Below, piece after piece: positions 60,438-64,000 of a stretch of DNA of 64,000 nt (within the stretch, counting starts at the first letter, position 1; each line of letters opens with the position of its first letter). The position numbers and the translations under genes are program-made. The notes under the pieces were generated by a model that did no database searches, was not told the origin of the DNA, and saw nothing but the letters and a program-made list of their open reading frames with translations. Source of the DNA: Fistulifera solaris (lineage: Eukaryota); contig AP026162.1 of assembly GCA_030295235.1 (NCBI GenBank), positions 2,108,001-2,172,000 on the forward strand, given 5' to 3'.

Positions 60438-61061
60438 ATGTTTCAAAGCAACGTAGAGACCGGTAATGCTCGTTATTGCATCACCTGCGAACAACTGATT
60501 CGACCTGGAGCGATCACTTGCGTCGATTGCGAAAAGATTTTAGATATCATTGCTGGCAGTCCGGTTCCTTCCTTTCCAAGTACTATTAAAGCGAATATTC
60601 CTGCAGAACCGTCGACCGACTTGTGTTGCATGTGCTCGAGTCCTACGCTACTGGGTTCGCAGTTTTGTTCGGAATGTGAATGGTCGATGGCGATGGTGCT
60701 GGAAGACCCCCAATACGCCTACGAGAATACTGTGGTGCTTCCTTGTCAAACCAACACGCGCGTGGTGACACAAGACACAAGAGTGGGTCATACAGAGAAT
60801 ACTGGTACACAGTCGACACATGTCGCTGATTCGGACGACGATGAAGAAATTGAAGTTGTCGCCCAACTCACGGAAACGGAGCTCATGATGCAAAGATACG
60901 AAAAAGCCAAGCAGAGTGGAGATGTCATGGAGTTGTTAGATGATGACGACGACAATGATGATAATGATGCGTCTAAGCCGCTGGAAATGGTAGCAAACGG
61001 CACCTGTGAAAGCGACGATGAGATTCAGTTCATCAAAACGGTATCCAGAACGGCCACTTAG
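60438..61061 (+). CDS. Hypothetical protein with CxxC pairs (double zinc-ribbon-like) and acidic tail
   Basis: CITC...CVDC, CCMC...CSEC; DSDDDEEIEVV SIM-like acidic patches. Confidence 0.55.
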   Translation: MFQSNVETGNARYCITCEQLIRPGAITCVDCEKILDIIAGSPVPSFPSTIKANIPAEPSTDLCCMCSSPTLLGSQFCSECEWSMAMVLEDPQYAYENTVVLPCQTNTRVVTQDTRVGHTENTGTQSTHVADSDDDEEIEVVAQLTETELMMQRYEKAKQSGDVMELLDDDDDNDDNDASKPLEMVANGTCESDDEIQFIKTVSRTAT

Positions 61062-61868
61062 AACGACTGGAATGTGAAGTCAACAGCTTAGCTGGAAAGT
61101 GACGGGGTGCCTTTCGACACGAGCATGTTTGCTCAAGAAGATGGAAGTGATGCGTTTATTCGACATACTGATTCTACTTCTGATGCCCCACGGCTCAGCG
61201 ACCACAGCTCATCTCTGTCGCTACAACGCCTCTTGCGCTTTTCAAGAAGACTGAACGAATACTGGGACAATTTTTTGTTTCCAGGTGTTTGATTTGGTGA
61301 AATGAACTCATTTGACCAGATGCAGAAGGGAGCTAATATTTGGACGATTCGACCTTGTCGCATGAAAGTGTCGACGTAGCCCTCTGACATTCCCCCCAAG
61401 CCGCTTTGTACCAGCTAGAGCTCAAACCAAGACGCTATACACTTTTCATTACAAACAATCGGCGGATGTTAGTTCGAGAAAGCCATAATTTGAAACCACT
61501 ATCCACGCAGGCGCTTATTTCACTGAAAGAGTTGCCCCTAATCTCCTGAAACTCTTATAGTCTATCGCATGTTAAAGGCGTACGAACTGTTCGCTAGAGA
61601 GTCTGAGTTAGTTCGATTTAATTCAATAGGCATCGATGGTTTAAGTGAGTTGTTTTTGTTGCGTCTCTATAGCTCGGTTGTAAAAATAACCTTAAACCTG
61701 ATACGGAGTACAGAAGGTGCTAGCCGCCCATCATCGTCGTCATTTTTATATATGATGGCCGAGTTCTCTTTTCATTATTCGTTCTTGATTCATGCATTTA
61801 GTAAACAATCGTTTCTCATCGACGTTTTAAGATAGAATACACGAAAAGACCGAACTTGTGGCTGTATC

Positions 61869-63265
61869 ATGGATGAATTGGCTACATTAGAAGTGTCGGC
61901 GGAAGGGGAGACAACGACAACGCCGGACGTCGAAGTCCCTGCGGATGGTGAATTTCGAATCTTGATGCAAAGTTTGGAAGATGACAACAAAAGTCAAGAC
62001 GGAGAATGGGTACAGCTGGCCGAGGAGTTACCGGAAAGTGCCCCCACATCATCCAATCCAGTGGACGACGAGGGCGAATCGTTGTATGGGCAGCCTTTGA
62101 GTGTTAAAGAAGCGGCCGAGAAAATGCCGCCGGGAGGAGGTGGATTGATTTACACGGCAACTCTCATTCCCGATGATTTCTTCAAAGATCAAAAGCTAGC
62201 GAAATTGGTCGGAAAAGGCATTTTGAATTCCGAACGGACGGCAATTAAGCCACGGCGGCCTTCCCTGGCCGTTCGGTCGAGTAACTTTTTCAATCCTTGA
62301 CCAAAGTCGGTCCAAGGTATATTTTTTCGGGAATTTTGAATGGATGGCCCGGTTTGACTTGTTTAGAGGTGCTGGAATTGGAAAAGAAAGGCAAGATAGT
62401 AGGAGTGTGGCACAAGGTATGGAATGCTAAGGAAGATGGTGCGAAAGGTTTGCCCTTGAAGAATCCGGAAGGAAAGACCGTTCATAGGGTCGTACTTCGA
62501 TGTGCGCCATGGTCTAGTCAAGGATGGTCCAAGGATAGTCCTGGATTCGCCTTTTGGTATGAAGCGCAGAAGCGAGAAAGGCCCGAAATGAGTTATGGCA
62601 CGAACATGCTCAGAACGGTGGAAGATTCGATTTGCACTCATATTCACATGGTTTCTCATCGCTACGCAGTCAAGCGAGAGAATCCAAGGGATCTATTGAC
62701 ATATCACTCTGTTTGTTTACTAGAATGGGATCATGGGAAGTATACGACAGTGGCAGAAACCGCATATCTGAACGGCATCGGAGGATTTAAAGGAAAGAGC
62801 AACTTTTACGCCGACAAAGATCAGCCCAGGACGAAACTGTACGACACCATGCCGGCAGAAATGATACTTCCCTGGAGAACAAACTTGGCGGAAATTCGAT
62901 GCTATGATGTAGAAGCTAAGAACTTGGATGAATTTTGGTCCTACTTGAAGAAATACGAAGGCAATCATCAGCGGTTTATCGACCCAAGGGTTTCATTCTC
63001 GCACCCCGCTCGACTAACGTTTCGATCCAAGGCGCACATAGCTCAATATCTTCTCAACTACATTACGCGGGATGCATCATACGCAGACCTGAAGCGAAAC
63101 TGCCAAACGTTTGCGGCTGACTTTTGCTCCTTTATTGCCGGAAAGAAAGACATTGTTCCCTTTCATCCTGTAATTCGTTTCGACTACCAACCCAGGCCGT
63201 ATTTCTTCTTATATGACAGCCATATGTACATTAAAAAGGAAGATAAGAAGAAAGGAAAGAAATAG
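61869..63265 (+). CDS. Hypothetical protein with permuted papain-like (PPPDE/LRAT-type) motifs
   Basis: YHSVCLLEW and YADLKRNCQTFAADF. Two ORFs join across a T-run shift near 62288. Confidence 0.55.
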
Positions 63266-63301
63266 AGCATTGTTAATGACAACTTATCGCTAGAAGCCAT
63301 C

Positions 63302-64000
63302 TCAGTCATACATATCTTCGTCGTCGTTGCCTCCATCCCCATTATCGTCCCCGTCATTGTTTCCAGAATCATCGTGTCCTCCAAAAAATCCACCGCCGTC
63401 TCCCATTGAGTCCATCAACAAGTTTGCCGCCAAGGCTTCGTTCTTATCGCACGCCAAGAAAGCTTGAGCCGCTTCCGAACGATCAAAGCCCATTTCTGTA
63501 AGTCGATCCACAGCCGCCATTTCTTCTTCCGTTAATCGCAATACTTGCTGTCCGCCATGTCCTTCTCCGCCTCCCATGTGAGCCATAAATTGTTGCAACT
63601 GTTCCGGTGGCATCTGACCCAGCATTTGCGCCGTCATACGCAATTGATCCGAACTCAGTCCCATCATTTGTGCCATCTGATCGAGCTCGGACGGGCTCAT
63701 GCTTTGAATCATCTGCGCCATCTGAGCTGGGTTTCCCATGCCTTCCATGGGCATACCCATACCACTGGCCGAATCCGAGGACCCTGTTGGAGCACGACTT
63801 CCGGTAGGGGCAGAAGATGGAGCGGCGGTGACAGGTTCGTTCATCATCTCTAAAAAGAGGGCCTGGTGCGCGTTGATTTCTTCTAATAATTCCGGCTGTT
63901 GCTGACCAATTTGCGCCAAAACTTGCTGCAGCATTTGTGGATTTGATTGCACTAGGCGACGCAGCTCGTTGAATTGCGGATGATTCCGTAAAGCCTGCAA
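63302..64000 (-). CDS. RAD23: RAD23 UV excision repair / ubiquitin shuttle, C-terminal part
   Basis: XPC-binding LRNHPQFNELRRLVQSNPQMLQQVLAQIGQQQPELL; UBA2 AAVDRLTEMGFDRSEAAQAFLACDKNEALAANLL. Confidence 0.95.
   Translation of the reverse strand: MQALRNHPQFNELRRLVQSNPQMLQQVLAQIGQQQPELLEEINAHQALFLEMMNEPVTAAPSSAPTGSRAPTGSSDSASGMGMPMEGMGNPAQMAQMIQSMSPSELDQMAQMMGLSSDQLRMTAQMLGQMPPEQLQQFMAHMGGGEGHGGQQVLRLTEEEMAAVDRLTEMGFDRSEAAQAFLACDKNEALAANLLMDSMGDGGGFFGGHDDSGNNDGDDNGDGGNDDEDMYD

Noticed and set aside
61107..61399. Short ORFs between the zinc-ribbon and papain-like genes
   Set aside because: No recognisable motif or convincing start.

Overview
This is a gene-dense eukaryotic nuclear window, most likely from a diatom or related ochrophyte. 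The inference rests on short GT-AG introns, several bipartite plastid-targeting-like N-termini, GT60 and degenerate metallophosphoesterase families, and a repeated G-x-x-C-x-H-C domain protein. About 37 protein genes are supported. Housekeeping genes include RPC1 (partial), Pol kappa, RPN8, eIF2B-beta, KCR, MTHFS, DHX35, an OSR1/SPAK-like kinase, FARSA, a mitochondrial ferredoxin, MRS2, glutathione synthetase, a mitochondrial carrier and RAD23 (partial). About two dozen single-base frameshifts, nearly all in homopolymer runs, break otherwise intact genes and look like sequencing errors. The non-coding signal is the most interesting part. A 293-bp Helitron-like element (5' TC, 3' CTAG, AT target, no TSD) sits in a 240-bp tandem array whose other units are empty sites. 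Two dispersed families of ~200-240 bp tandem arrays occur, one built from TCCAGAA(A/T)TTCTGGA palindromes. There is also a duplicated 19-bp-stem hairpin element, and a TACTCCGGGGTA palindrome upstream of three genes whose flanks covary. Unusual proteins include a ChaC-RCC1 fusion, tandem UBZ-AlkB genes, a Mis18BP1/KNL2-like SANT protein and a deviant ALDH. No tRNA, rRNA or CRISPR array was recognised. All homology calls come from motif recognition, not database searches.
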